This document shows positions 10,887-20,952 of a DNA stretch of 64,000 bases, in pieces (position 1 is the stretch's first letter; each line of letters begins with the position of its first letter). The position numbers and the translations under genes were made by a program. A model generated the notes under the pieces. The model saw only the letters and a list, made by a program, of their open reading frames with translations. It had not been told where the DNA came from and did no database searches. The stretch comes from a virus: positions 88,053 through 152,052 of the IMG/VR virus record IMGVR_UViG_3300022689_000474; one strand, 5' to 3'.

Positions 10887-11396
10887 ATGAATAAAGGATT
10901 TGCAGTAATAGAAAAACCTAAAAAGTTAATATCTCATTCTTTAACCAAAAATGGGACTTTAGAAAATAACTTCGAAGAAGTATTTAAAAGGGCTTGTAAT
11001 ACTAAATATACTTATGTATATATGGCTAAGATCTCTCCTGTGAAATTAAATAATTTCATGGTAGATCCTTATGGTGTAAATTTTATAAAAAGTATATCTA
11101 TAAGGAGATACTTATTAAGCCCTTCTTTATATAAAAGTTTAAAGCATAATGAAAGTATAATACAGAAATATGTATATATGGATTGGTTAGAAAATTTATG
11201 GATATCTGGACAGGAAGTTAAATGTGTAGATGAGATATTAGAGGGCAATTATAGAGGTCTATTAGTATTTTTAGATGTTAATAAAATGCATGATACTTTA
11301 GATCCAATAAAGAAGAATAATCTAAAGAAGGATGCAACTTTTTATATACAAATAGGAAATAAACCAGGTAAAGAATCGTATAGTAAATTAGATTAA
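10887..11396 (+). CDS. Hypothetical protein (169 aa)
   Basis: Clean ORF followed by a terminator-like hairpin; no motif recognised. Confidence 0.6.
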   Translation: MNKGFAVIEKPKKLISHSLTKNGTLENNFEEVFKRACNTKYTYVYMAKISPVKLNNFMVDPYGVNFIKSISIRRYLLSPSLYKSLKHNESIIQKYVYMDWLENLWISGQEVKCVDEILEGNYRGLLVFLDVNKMHDTLDPIKKNNLKKDATFYIQIGNKPGKESYSKLD

Positions 11397-11405
11397 CTTT
11401 CATTT

Positions 11406-11430
11406 AAGGGTCTAGTAGGACCCTTTTATT
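11406..11430 (+). terminator. Intrinsic terminator
   Basis: AAGGGTCT-AGTA-GGACCCTT followed by TTATT. Confidence 0.6.
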
Positions 11431-11434
11431 CTAT

Positions 11435-12655
11435 ATGAATTTAAAAGATTATAAAGATATAACTAGAATGATAGCTCAATATATCTCTCCAGATTTAAGT
11501 CTTAATAAAAGGAGAGATTTATTCTTAAAAAGTATCATACAAAATGACTTAAAAGAATTACCATATACTAAACAAGAATTATCACAAGTAACAGATAAGT
11601 TATTTAATTCTATATTAATTTATTATGACACTAATTTTATATCTTTACAACAGACACTCTACCCTTCTAATCCATTTATAGACCCGAGAGGACTAAATAA
11701 TCCCATGTTTGATATGAGTAATGAAGGTAATATGTACTTTGATATAAATAATCTTTTAGGAGACGAGTTAATTCAATATTCGGGTATTAAATTTGTAGAC
11801 TACTATAACAAAGCAGATAATAATTCATCTTTAGTAGCTATAGGTTATCATTCAAATGAAATACCAAATTGGATACCTTCATTTAATAACGAACCTAAAT
11901 TAGTCTGGGAGTTTGTACAGTCTAATAATGACTTCCAAGTATTTCTAAAACCTTATTATTACTGTTTAATTTCTAATAGTCGATTAGAAACTCTATTTAA
12001 CTATTTACCTAGAAGGACCAGGTGGAAGTATAAAGATGATGGAAGTATATCTGTAGATTATATATTTCCTACTGAATATAATCTTATACCCATCTATTCT
12101 AATAATTATATCCATACTCTTACAGTATTAACTAAAGAAATGGGTCATAACTTACTTCCAAACTTTATATTCACTGGTAAAGTTTATTTTATGGGTGAAG
12201 TAGGAGAACCATATTATGAATATAGTAATATAAATAATAACTATTCTTTTCCAGGAGATTTATATATTAGTCCTCTTAAGCCTCCAAACTTAGATTTTCC
12301 TCTAGGAATTCCAAAGGCAGAAGAATTAGAAGAATGTTTAAATGATCATATAGGGTATTATCCTAGTGATGGAGATATTGATATAGATTTAGGAATATAT
12401 ACTGGATATATAACTAATAATACATATCATAGTAATATCACTTATTATTTATATAGAAGGTCAGATGATTCCATATTTTTATCTAAATATCCTCCTAAAA
12501 GGGATGTGAAGTGGATGGTAAAAGATGCCAGAAGAAAAATGTTATTAACAATAGACCCCTATTTAAGAGATAATTCAGATATAGATATAGATATTAATAT
12601 AACATCATCTAATTCACCTTCTAGTTATAAGATCTTATTGAAAGAAATAATATGA
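11435..12655 (+). CDS. Hypothetical protein (406 aa), probably structural
   Basis: Long ORF, first of a tightly packed run leading into the terminase gene. Confidence 0.6.
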   Translation: MNLKDYKDITRMIAQYISPDLSLNKRRDLFLKSIIQNDLKELPYTKQELSQVTDKLFNSILIYYDTNFISLQQTLYPSNPFIDPRGLNNPMFDMSNEGNMYFDINNLLGDELIQYSGIKFVDYYNKADNNSSLVAIGYHSNEIPNWIPSFNNEPKLVWEFVQSNNDFQVFLKPYYYCLISNSRLETLFNYLPRRTRWKYKDDGSISVDYIFPTEYNLIPIYSNNYIHTLTVLTKEMGHNLLPNFIFTGKVYFMGEVGEPYYEYSNINNNYSFPGDLYISPLKPPNLDFPLGIPKAEELEECLNDHIGYYPSDGDIDIDLGIYTGYITNNTYHSNITYYLYRRSDDSIFLSKYPPKRDVKWMVKDARRKMLLTIDPYLRDNSDIDIDINITSSNSPSSYKILLKEII

Positions 12656-12662
12656 TAGAAAA

Positions 12663-13199
12663 ATGCAAGGAACATTATCCAGACAAATATCTATAGATAT
12701 AATTCAAGATTACTTATTATTAGGTCTGGGAACTTTCTTAATATATAGACCAGATCTTGGTCTTACTGAAATTCCTACTCCTACAGAATTAGATTTAAGA
12801 TATAACATGACTATGAAAGAAGCAGTGGAATATGAAGTAGGTGGTGCCACTTTAAATGGTTATATGAGACATTTTATTAATACTCCTTTTGTATTATATT
12901 TAGAAGGTCCTATAAGTAAGATAATATTTGATACTTATTTTATATCTATAAAAAGAACTATGGGACCATTTACACATATTTGTATAGCTACAGGTATGAA
13001 TATATTTGGGGGAGGTATTACTAATGGTAATAATAGAGGAGATACTAGAGGCTCTTTAATTGGTATCCAACCGGTCCCAACAGAAGTATTACCAGAAATA
13101 GGAGATAGACCGGATATCTTACCTGGTACAGTAGGTAAAGTATTATATCCTGAAGAGGTATATACAGATTCTATAAAATTAGAGTTGAGCTTCTATTAA
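12663..13199 (+). CDS. Putative minor tail/baseplate protein
   Basis: EVGG..LNGYMR...F.....GPFTHICI resembles the 'GY-x-R ... F ... G-x-ITH' pattern of small phage tail proteins; similarity is weak. Confidence 0.35.
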   Translation: MQGTLSRQISIDIIQDYLLLGLGTFLIYRPDLGLTEIPTPTELDLRYNMTMKEAVEYEVGGATLNGYMRHFINTPFVLYLEGPISKIIFDTYFISIKRTMGPFTHICIATGMNIFGGGITNGNNRGDTRGSLIGIQPVPTEVLPEIGDRPDILPGTVGKVLYPEEVYTDSIKLELSFY

Positions 13200-13200
13200 A

Positions 13201-14220
13201 ATGATTACATCTCAAGATTTGATAACCTTGAATACTAAGTTTTATTACTTAAGTAAAGGATTTGGTGGTGCTATGAGATTATATGATTTAATAAGACAAT
13301 CTTCTTTCTCAGAAGCTGAAGCGGAAAGGAAAATACATCTTATATTAAGTCATCCTAATCCAATATATGTAATAAATCCTTGGACTAGACCTTTCTCTTT
13401 AATACCTCCTCCTCGAATAAGATGGGAATATGATTATGACCCGGGTATAAATATAGATGATAATTATCATGTGTTTGATATAAATCAAAGACATATTTAC
13501 TCTGTAAGTCCAGAGAGACATAAAGGATATTGGGGTAGGTCCTCCTTAGACATTTTGTTTATAAAACAAAGTTTTACTGGAGAATTATTCTATCTACACC
13601 TTAGTACTTATAATTCTGGTCCACTTATTTTGGGTATTCTAATTAATAATATAAGTCTAAAAACATTTAGAACTGAAGCATTAGGGTCTCCTGTAAGAAG
13701 TCCTCATGAATTTAATAATCCTAGACAAATATCATTAATAGAAAAACCATTAGAAACTAGTTATATAGTTATTAATAGATTTATAAATTTAATAACTGAT
13801 CCTAATTCAGGATATTTATATCCTATACAAGTACATCATCTAGAATCAGAACCTTTTGTCAATACTACTAAAGAAGACGTAATATCTAATTCATCTTCAA
13901 CATTACTACATTTTGATGTAGCTGATTATACCTTTTCTATAGAAACTCAATCTAAACTTACTATTAATTTACCTTCTAGTGGTTGGTTAGTTATATCTCA
14001 ACTTAAAGAAGATGGTACTAGAGTATTTCTTAATCTTTCTTTTATTAGTGGATTAGGAGCTGATAGAATTCTTCAAGATGCAGATGGTCTATGGTATGTA
14101 TCTTTTACTTCTGGTATAGATTTTATAAGCCTTAGAAGAAGATTCTCTCAAGTTACTAGAAGACCTAAAGATTTCAGTACTAGAAATGCTATAAGAGTTA
14201 CTGCTGACCTCATATTTTAA
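13201..14220 (+). CDS. Hypothetical protein (339 aa)
   Basis: Starts 1 bp after the previous stop; no motif recognised. Confidence 0.6.
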   Translation: MITSQDLITLNTKFYYLSKGFGGAMRLYDLIRQSSFSEAEAERKIHLILSHPNPIYVINPWTRPFSLIPPPRIRWEYDYDPGINIDDNYHVFDINQRHIYSVSPERHKGYWGRSSLDILFIKQSFTGELFYLHLSTYNSGPLILGILINNISLKTFRTEALGSPVRSPHEFNNPRQISLIEKPLETSYIVINRFINLITDPNSGYLYPIQVHHLESEPFVNTTKEDVISNSSSTLLHFDVADYTFSIETQSKLTINLPSSGWLVISQLKEDGTRVFLNLSFISGLGADRILQDADGLWYVSFTSGIDFISLRRRFSQVTRRPKDFSTRNAIRVTADLIF

Positions 14221-14232
14221 ATTATTGCTATT

Positions 14233-17200
14233 ATGACTTTTCTTAATACTCAAAATTTAGTAGGTCTAGATAATTACTTTGACTTACTTATAAGTGAAGC
14301 TAGTACTTCTTTAAATGCTGTTAGTGATCTTTCTATAATAGATTTTGCAGAAAATATAGTATTTAATGGGGAAGCTTATCTTTATACTCAACAAAAAGCT
14401 GTTCTTAAATCTTTTTATGGGGAACCTCTTACTCCTGAAGAAGAAGATATCTTAATAAATTGGAAGAATAGGGAGAAGAGTAATTGGGTTCCTAATAGAA
14501 CTTATAGAGATATGATTTTGGAAGTAGGTAGAGGTGGTTGTCCTTATATAGAAGATAAAGTTATTACTAATAAAGGTACTCTTAAATATAAAGATTTAAT
14601 TGATAATAAGAGTTCTATATTTACCTTCTTAGAAAAAGATAATACTATTGGTCTGACTTCTAATATACTTACATGGGATAAAGGTTTATGTGAATGTGTT
14701 CAAATTACTACTAAAACAGGTCGAAAGGAAATAGTTACTTTAGATCATCCTTACCTAATTTCTTTAGGAGACCCCAATTCATATAAATGGCTTAGAGCTC
14801 AATACCTTACGAGGGAAAATAAATTATATTTACCTATAGGATTAAAACTCTTTGGTTCAGATGATTCTTTAGATGAATCTTTTATCTTAGATATAGTTCG
14901 AGATATATCTAATATATCTTCTTCTATTATAGAAACTATAGAACTATCTACTGAATATCTTCACTCTTTATCTTTATCTTATATATTATCCTATTTACCT
15001 TTCCAATTAGATTATCTACTTACAGTAAAAAAGGAATCTTTATATCTTAAATCTGAGGTTCTACCTGGTGATATATTAGATTTCTTACAAAGAGAATTAA
15101 GTAAATGGGGTGTTATATGTATATGTGATTATAAATCAAATATCTTTATTATAAAAGATTTAAATTCATTTATTAATTTATTAGAATTACTTAGATCTCA
15201 TAAAGATAAAGACCATAAAATAAATAATTTATTTAACTTATTGGAATTTAATATTTCTCAAGGTAAATGTTATGACAATATTCCAAGATATAAATATGGA
15301 GAAATAGAATATTTCTTAGATGAAGTTTATAGTGTTATTAAAGTTGGTAAATTACAGACACTTGGATTAGAAGTTGTTAAATCTAATACTATAGTTAATT
15401 CATTTATATCCCATAATTCTAAGAGTTTGATTGCTTCTATTATCTCTTTATATGAATTTAATAATCTTATATCTTTAGAAGACCCCGCTCGATATTATAA
15501 TTTAATATCTAATGATCCTATAGCGATATTCTTAATAGCTACTACTGCTACTCAAGTTAAAGAAACTTTATTCTTGAAACTTAAAGGATATTTAAGAGGT
15601 AGTGATTTCTTTAGGAATTTAGAAAATAAAAAGAAAATAGAAGTATTAGCTGATCAAGTTAGATGTCCTGATAAGAATGTTGCTATATATGCTAAACATA
15701 CTAATTCAGATGCTTTAGTTGGTTATAACTTGAAATGTATGATTCTTGATGAAGTAGCTAGATTCTCTAATAAAACTAGAGAAGACGGTAAAATTGTTTC
15801 TTTAGCTGATACTTTATGGAGAAATGTAGGTAAAGGTTGTTTTCATATGAATTCTTATATTTATACTAATAAAGGATTTATAAAAGCTATTGATTTACTA
15901 AATATTTATCAATCAGTAGATTATCTTAATGATATAAAGATTTTAAGTTATTCAAATGATTCATTTAAATATCTAATATGGGCAGATGATATAGATATAT
16001 GGAATAATGGAATTCATCCTACTATAGAACTTATAACTGAAAATGGTTATAACGAAAGAGTTACATATAATCATCCTTTTTTTATTTATAGACAAGGAGA
16101 TGTAGAACCAAGCTGGATTGAAGCAGAATTTATTAATGAAGGAGATTATATCTCTTTACCAAAATCTTTATTACCTTCTGATAGATCTATAAATTATTTA
16201 GAAGAAGAATATACAAACTTTTTTGAATTCCTAGCATATATATTTAGTTTTGGAACTTGGTTTGTAAATCATGGTCGAATACAAGATCATGCTATAGAAA
16301 TAAGAAGAACTGTTCATAAAGAAATAATACAAGTTATTCAAGATTTATTGAAAGATATAGAAGGTTATAGATTTCATAATAATAAAGATTCAACCTCTGG
16401 TAGTAAGTATAGAATTTTCTTTGATAAAAAAAGTAAAGGTTATCAGCTATTAAAAGAACTTACAGATAGAGGATATTTAATTAATTCTTATAGATCTTTC
16501 TATAATGATATTCCTGAATTTATTGATACCCTACCTCTAGCAGAATTAAAGTCTTTTCTTAAAGGATATTATACTTCTAATTGTACCTTCTTTGATTTAT
16601 TAAATCCTTCTGGTATTACTATTAAATTACCTCAAGAAACTGAAAGTGCTGCTAGAAGAATACAACGTTGTTTATTACTCTTTGGAGTAATCTCTTCTAT
16701 TAAAATAGAACCTGTCAGGATAAATAAAGATAAGTTTATTTTTAATGCTAATGTTGTTTGTATAAAAGGAGTTTATAATATCTCTTTATTCTTACAATCT
16801 ATTGGTCTTTCTACTTCTGATTTTGTTACTATGAAAAAAAGAATAGATAGATATATCTCTTTAGATAAAGATAAAGATAAAGATAAATATTCTCTTCCTT
16901 TAAATATAGAACAATGTATCGACAATAGTAATAAGATTGATTCTATAAATAATCTTAGATGGGAGAGAGTTTCTAATATTATAAACCATCCTAAAACTAT
17001 TACTATTGGTTTAGAAGTTAGAGAAAGTGGTCTCATTTGTAATAGTATATTGAGTCATAATACTCAAAGATTCGCAGAAGAAGGAAGAAGGGTAGCGATA
17101 TCATCAGGATGGTACGAAGGAGACCCTATACAAAAATTAAGAGAGAAGGCAGATAGGAACCCAAATCAAATATCATTTTTCTTAAAGACATGGGATTTAA

Positions 17201-18117
17201 ATAAAAATAGAAGTGCTAGTAGAGAGTCTTGTGAATCAGATTATATAGATGATAGAGCTAGAGCTGAACTTGAATATGAAGGTATAAGACAGAAATCGGA
17301 TACAGGTTTATTTATGGAATCTTCTTTAGAAATTGCTAGTGTAGGAGGTTCTATTATAGATACTGAGGAAACTGATGTCGAAATGAATGGAAGGAAGTAT
17401 GTAGGTATAAATGTAAGAAGGTTAGAGAAGAATAAAAGTTGTCCTAGTTTCATTCATATAGACTTATCTTTAAAGACAGATTCAACAGGTCTTTGTATGA
17501 CACATATAGATATAGATGATAATGAGAATTGGAATATAGTAGTTGATGCTCTTATTAAATGGACCCCTTATGTAGATGGTACTGGTTATAGAAAAGTAGT
17601 TTCATATCTAAATGTAGAAGAAGTTATTCTTAAATTATGTGAATATAGAAATGTAGTTAGAATTACTTTTGATTCATGGAATAGTGCTTCTACTATACAG
17701 AGATTACATTCTTTAGGTATTATGACTGAAGAAATATCTGCTTCTAGAAGTAAACAAAAAGAATACTATTTATTAATACGAGATCTAGTAAACCAAGGTA
17801 AAGTCTTAATACCTAAAGATTCTAAATACAGGATTCAACTTATAAGTGAATTAGTTCATCTTAATATGAAAGAAAATGGGAGTATCGTACATGGTCTTTA
17901 TGGTAAAGATCTTAGTGATGCTTTTGTTAATAGTTGTTATCAAATATATAAAAGAATGGTAGAAAGTGGTCTTATTCAGGGTTATAAACCTAGTATTAAT
18001 TCTCTACCTTCTAATCTTGTTAATGCTGTTACGCCCCGTTCTAAAGAAATGACTAAACCTGTAGTTCAAAGTGGTAGAGATAAATTTAAAAAGATGAAAT
18101 CATATGGCATTATATAG
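14233..18117 (+). CDS. terL: Terminase large subunit containing two inteins (~593 aa after splicing)
   Basis: Spliced Walker A LEVGRGG|SKS, Walker B CMILDEVARF, coupling motif VAISS, and RNase H-like nuclease motifs IHIDLS..DSTG, ITFDSWNS and KDLSDA. Confidence 0.92.
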   Translation: MTFLNTQNLVGLDNYFDLLISEASTSLNAVSDLSIIDFAENIVFNGEAYLYTQQKAVLKSFYGEPLTPEEEDILINWKNREKSNWVPNRTYRDMILEVGRGGCPYIEDKVITNKGTLKYKDLIDNKSSIFTFLEKDNTIGLTSNILTWDKGLCECVQITTKTGRKEIVTLDHPYLISLGDPNSYKWLRAQYLTRENKLYLPIGLKLFGSDDSLDESFILDIVRDISNISSSIIETIELSTEYLHSLSLSYILSYLPFQLDYLLTVKKESLYLKSEVLPGDILDFLQRELSKWGVICICDYKSNIFIIKDLNSFINLLELLRSHKDKDHKINNLFNLLEFNISQGKCYDNIPRYKYGEIEYFLDEVYSVIKVGKLQTLGLEVVKSNTIVNSFISHNSKSLIASIISLYEFNNLISLEDPARYYNLISNDPIAIFLIATTATQVKETLFLKLKGYLRGSDFFRNLENKKKIEVLADQVRCPDKNVAIYAKHTNSDALVGYNLKCMILDEVARFSNKTREDGKIVSLADTLWRNVGKGCFHMNSYIYTNKGFIKAIDLLNIYQSVDYLNDIKILSYSNDSFKYLIWADDIDIWNNGIHPTIELITENGYNERVTYNHPFFIYRQGDVEPSWIEAEFINEGDYISLPKSLLPSDRSINYLEEEYTNFFEFLAYIFSFGTWFVNHGRIQDHAIEIRRTVHKEIIQVIQDLLKDIEGYRFHNNKDSTSGSKYRIFFDKKSKGYQLLKELTDRGYLINSYRSFYNDIPEFIDTLPLAELKSFLKGYYTSNCTFFDLLNPSGITIKLPQETESAARRIQRCLLLFGVISSIKIEPVRINKDKFIFNANVVCIKGVYNISLFLQSIGLSTSDFVTMKKRIDRYISLDKDKDKDKYSLPLNIEQCIDNSNKIDSINNLRWERVSNIINHPKTITIGLEVRESGLICNSILSHNTQRFAEEGRRVAISSGWYEGDPIQKLREKADRNPNQISFFLKTWDLNKNRSASRESCESDYIDDRARAELEYEGIRQKSDTGLFMESSLEIASVGGSIIDTEETDVEMNGRKYVGINVRRLEKNKSCPSFIHIDLSLKTDSTGLCMTHIDIDDNENWNIVVDALIKWTPYVDGTGYRKVVSYLNVEEVILKLCEYRNVVRITFDSWNSASTIQRLHSLGIMTEEISASRSKQKEYYLLIRDLVNQGKVLIPKDSKYRIQLISELVHLNMKENGSIVHGLYGKDLSDAFVNSCYQIYKRMVESGLIQGYKPSINSLPSNLVNAVTPRSKEMTKPVVQSGRDKFKKMKSYGII
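14539..15417 (+). mobile_element. Intein 1 (293 aa) inserted in the TerL Walker A motif; endonuclease degenerate
   Basis: Starts with Cys (CPYIEDKVITNKG), has block B VTLDHP, ends SHN followed by Ser(+1). Only a block-H-like remnant (LQRELSKWGV) of a LAGLIDADG domain is visible. Confidence 0.9.
15838..17061 (+). mobile_element. Intein 2 (408 aa) with a degenerate LAGLIDADG homing endonuclease
   Basis: Starts CFHMNSYIYTNKG, has block B VTYNHP, ends SHN followed by Thr(+1). Block C/E-like FLAYIFSFG and FLKGYYTSNC lack the catalytic acidic residues; block H is IQRCLLLFGVIS. Confidence 0.9.
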
Positions 18118-19075
18118 ATATAAAACTTCCATAAATACTTTTCATAAACCCTTTTATGGTATATATACAGATTCTTTTATACATATAGATAGTAGGGCTT
18201 CTCAACCTTATCATAAGTATTTGATGCCTTGTTATAATTATGATTGGTGTTGTAGATATACTGATGACGATAATCTATTAGTTCCTATTTGTATAGATCT
18301 TTCTTTATATTCTGATACTGATAAACAATGGTTTGAACCTAACAGTTTTACTGAACTTAAGGATCTAAATATTCCTAAAATGACTAGTCCTAGATTCTAT
18401 ATCACAGTAATAAAACCTTCTAGAGATAATACTAAAGGTTCTACTGGTTATATACAAGAATATATCTTAATACCTCATAAAGGTATATTTAAAGATAAAT
18501 TGAGATTATGGCTTTCTACTTCAAAAGGATATGATATTGAAAGTTGTTATTTAATTCGCTATTGGTCAATTCATAAAGCTTTTTATCCACAAGATTATAA
18601 GAAATATTGTGAGAGAGTATGTATAGATACTTATAGAGAAATAGAAGATACTGGGTCTAAAAGGTTATTAAAAGAAGAAAGATGGAATGTTAAACCAAAT
18701 TATTCATGTGATCCTTGTAAATCTCATAATGATTTCTTAATAGATATGAAGAGAAAAGATGAAGATAGTCAAGATAGAAATCATAATGTTGATTATATTA
18801 CTCATGAATTAGTATATAAAGTAATGGATATTAAAGAGTTAAATATAAATGGGAAAGTAGTAGATCCTAATGATTATCAATTGGTTATTGAATATTCAAA
18901 TAATGAGGTCTCTCCTTATAATAATGATAATATACCTATTGGTATTGGAGTTAAATGGTTAAATAACCTTCCTCCTTTAGGTACTCAATACTCTATTAGA
19001 TGTTCAATGCCTATAGATATATGTAAGTTGATATATACTCCAACTAGAAAAGAAAATTATTTAATTAATATATAA
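18104..19075 (+). CDS. Hypothetical Cys/Tyr-rich protein (323 aa)
   Basis: Overlaps the terL stop by 14 bp, consistent with translational coupling. Confidence 0.6.
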   Translation: MALYRYKTSINTFHKPFYGIYTDSFIHIDSRASQPYHKYLMPCYNYDWCCRYTDDDNLLVPICIDLSLYSDTDKQWFEPNSFTELKDLNIPKMTSPRFYITVIKPSRDNTKGSTGYIQEYILIPHKGIFKDKLRLWLSTSKGYDIESCYLIRYWSIHKAFYPQDYKKYCERVCIDTYREIEDTGSKRLLKEERWNVKPNYSCDPCKSHNDFLIDMKRKDEDSQDRNHNVDYITHELVYKVMDIKELNINGKVVDPNDYQLVIEYSNNEVSPYNNDNIPIGIGVKWLNNLPPLGTQYSIRCSMPIDICKLIYTPTRKENYLINI

Positions 19076-19086
19076 ATTTAATTATC

Positions 19087-19671
19087 ATGCCTAAATTAAT
19101 ACCTCCTTGTCCTATAGATTATTCTTTTAGCCCTGGTAGGAAATATAATCTCATTGATCCTGAAGATGTAACTGAAACTCCTATATTAGAAGCTAGAGGT
19201 TTAGTTATATTCTCTGATTATAAATTTATTCTAAAAGATGCTATAGCTGATGAATCTTTATTCTATAAATATATAACTCTTAATGATGGTCAAGTTTTAG
19301 GTATGTGGCAAGATGTTATAACTCCTCTTCCATTAGAAATTAAGTTTGATGTTAAATATTATCATGATATTTATGTAGATATAAATACTTTCCCTAAATA
19401 TGATTCGGGTTTTTATGTTTTAGATGGTGTTTTTATTACTAAAGTATATATAGAACCTCATTGTTGTGATGGTAAAGTATATATAAGACATGCAAGAGGA
19501 GTTTATAATTGTATTAGACATGAAGGAATAGAAATAATAGAACCTTCATTTCCAGAATGTACTAAACCATTAATTATGTATGATCCTATAGATCCTCCAG
19601 ATATACAACCTCCTGAGACTGAACCTCATTTTCCTGAATGTATTCCCGATTCACCTGAATTAGTTCCTTAG
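19087..19671 (+). CDS. Hypothetical protein (194 aa) with a Pro/Glu-rich tail
   Basis: ORF whose stop overlaps the stop of the convergent gene. Confidence 0.6.
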   Translation: MPKLIPPCPIDYSFSPGRKYNLIDPEDVTETPILEARGLVIFSDYKFILKDAIADESLFYKYITLNDGQVLGMWQDVITPLPLEIKFDVKYYHDIYVDINTFPKYDSGFYVLDGVFITKVYIEPHCCDGKVYIRHARGVYNCIRHEGIEIIEPSFPECTKPLIMYDPIDPPDIQPPETEPHFPECIPDSPELVP

Positions 19672-20228
19672 ATTCTCTTCTTATTTTCCTCTTGACCCCT
19701 TATATTTATCCAATTGATAGCTTGAATCTGATGTGATAATAAATCTCTTATATTCTTAGATACTTCATAATATTCTGATTCAACTCTTTTATAAATAACA
19801 GGGGTTAATTTATTAATTCTTAATCCTTTACATATCCAAGTATCTATAGTTACTAATGTACTCCTTTCAGGGTATAAAATGTTTAAATAAAAAGCTTTTA
19901 CTTTATTTCCACTTATTATTCTTATATCTTTATTTCTTAATAACTTTAAAGCTTTATATTTATTTCTATTATAAGTACATATCTTATATCTATCTATATC
20001 CTTCTCCCTATATCCCTTTATTAGATTTAATGTATCTATCTTATTTCTTTCCCATCGATTCCTAGGACTTAATATTGCTAATACTCCTACTACTATATCT
20101 AACTTTATTTTTGTCCTTTTAGATATCTCTACACAATAATCTCTAGCTTCTCTATACCATCCTTTTCCTTCTTCTATCATTGAAGGAGAAGCTGATTCTA
20201 ATAACTCTATAATACTTTCTCTATACAC
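19668..20228 (-). CDS. DUF7178-like phage protein (possible DNA-glycosylase-like fold)
   Basis: Pattern GWY..A...VGVLAILSP...WERN...KVKAFYLNI...VTIDTW...Y...QIQAINW, characteristic of a widespread phage family. Confidence 0.6.
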   Translation of the reverse strand: MYRESIIELLESASPSMIEEGKGWYREARDYCVEISKRTKIKLDIVVGVLAILSPRNRWERNKIDTLNLIKGYREKDIDRYKICTYNRNKYKALKLLRNKDIRIISGNKVKAFYLNILYPERSTLVTIDTWICKGLRINKLTPVIYKRVESEYYEVSKNIRDLLSHQIQAINWINIRGQEENKKRI

Positions 20229-20306
20229 TTTATTCTTTTTCCTCTATTTATAAATATCTAAAAGTGTATTATTTAAAAAGTAGATATTTCTATATCTCTA
20301 TATAAC

Positions 20307-20927
20307 TTAATTAAGTATTTTTCTTATATAACTTCTTCTATGTTGTTGATGTGGACCGTAAGATTGAAGAGCCATTCGATGTTTATAAGTACCATAACCC
20401 TTATTACATTTAAGATCATATTTGTTTAAGTCTTCATCTTTATTAACCATATCAATTATTAAATTATCTCTATATGTTTTAGCTAAAATACTAGCTGCTC
20501 CTATTATTGGTTCTTTTAAATCTCCTTTTATAATACATTCATAATTGAATGTATTCAGAGATAAACTAAAAGAATTGATACCATCTAGATATATCTTCTC
20601 TATATTACTTAGTTCAGAAGTAAAGTCTTCTTTCAGTTTTATCATTCCTCTATAAATTCCATTGAATTGAGCTTGATAAATACCTTTAGAATCTATTTCA
20701 TCTTTAGTAACGTGTACAAAAAAATAATCATCTAATAACTCAATTATCTCAGGGTATAACTTCTCTCTTTTCTTACTACTTATTTTTTTACTATCAGTTA
20801 CTCCTATATCTATCATTTCTTTATCTATTAAACTTTTCTCTTTTGATGATAGTGCAAAACATAAAACCATATCATAAAATAAACTTCCTTTACCTACTTC
20901 ATCTATACCTACAATATATCTCTTCAT
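20307..20927 (-). CDS. rnhB: Ribonuclease HII
   Basis: GIDEVGKG, DSKK, LDG, KGD, IGAASILAK..RD, NKGYGT..H and HRRSY motifs. Confidence 0.95.
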   Translation of the reverse strand: MKRYIVGIDEVGKGSLFYDMVLCFALSSKEKSLIDKEMIDIGVTDSKKISSKKREKLYPEIIELLDDYFFVHVTKDEIDSKGIYQAQFNGIYRGMIKLKEDFTSELSNIEKIYLDGINSFSLSLNTFNYECIIKGDLKEPIIGAASILAKTYRDNLIIDMVNKDEDLNKYDLKCNKGYGTYKHRMALQSYGPHQQHRRSYIRKILN

Positions 20928-20952
20928 TACATTAATATCTTATTGACTTAAT

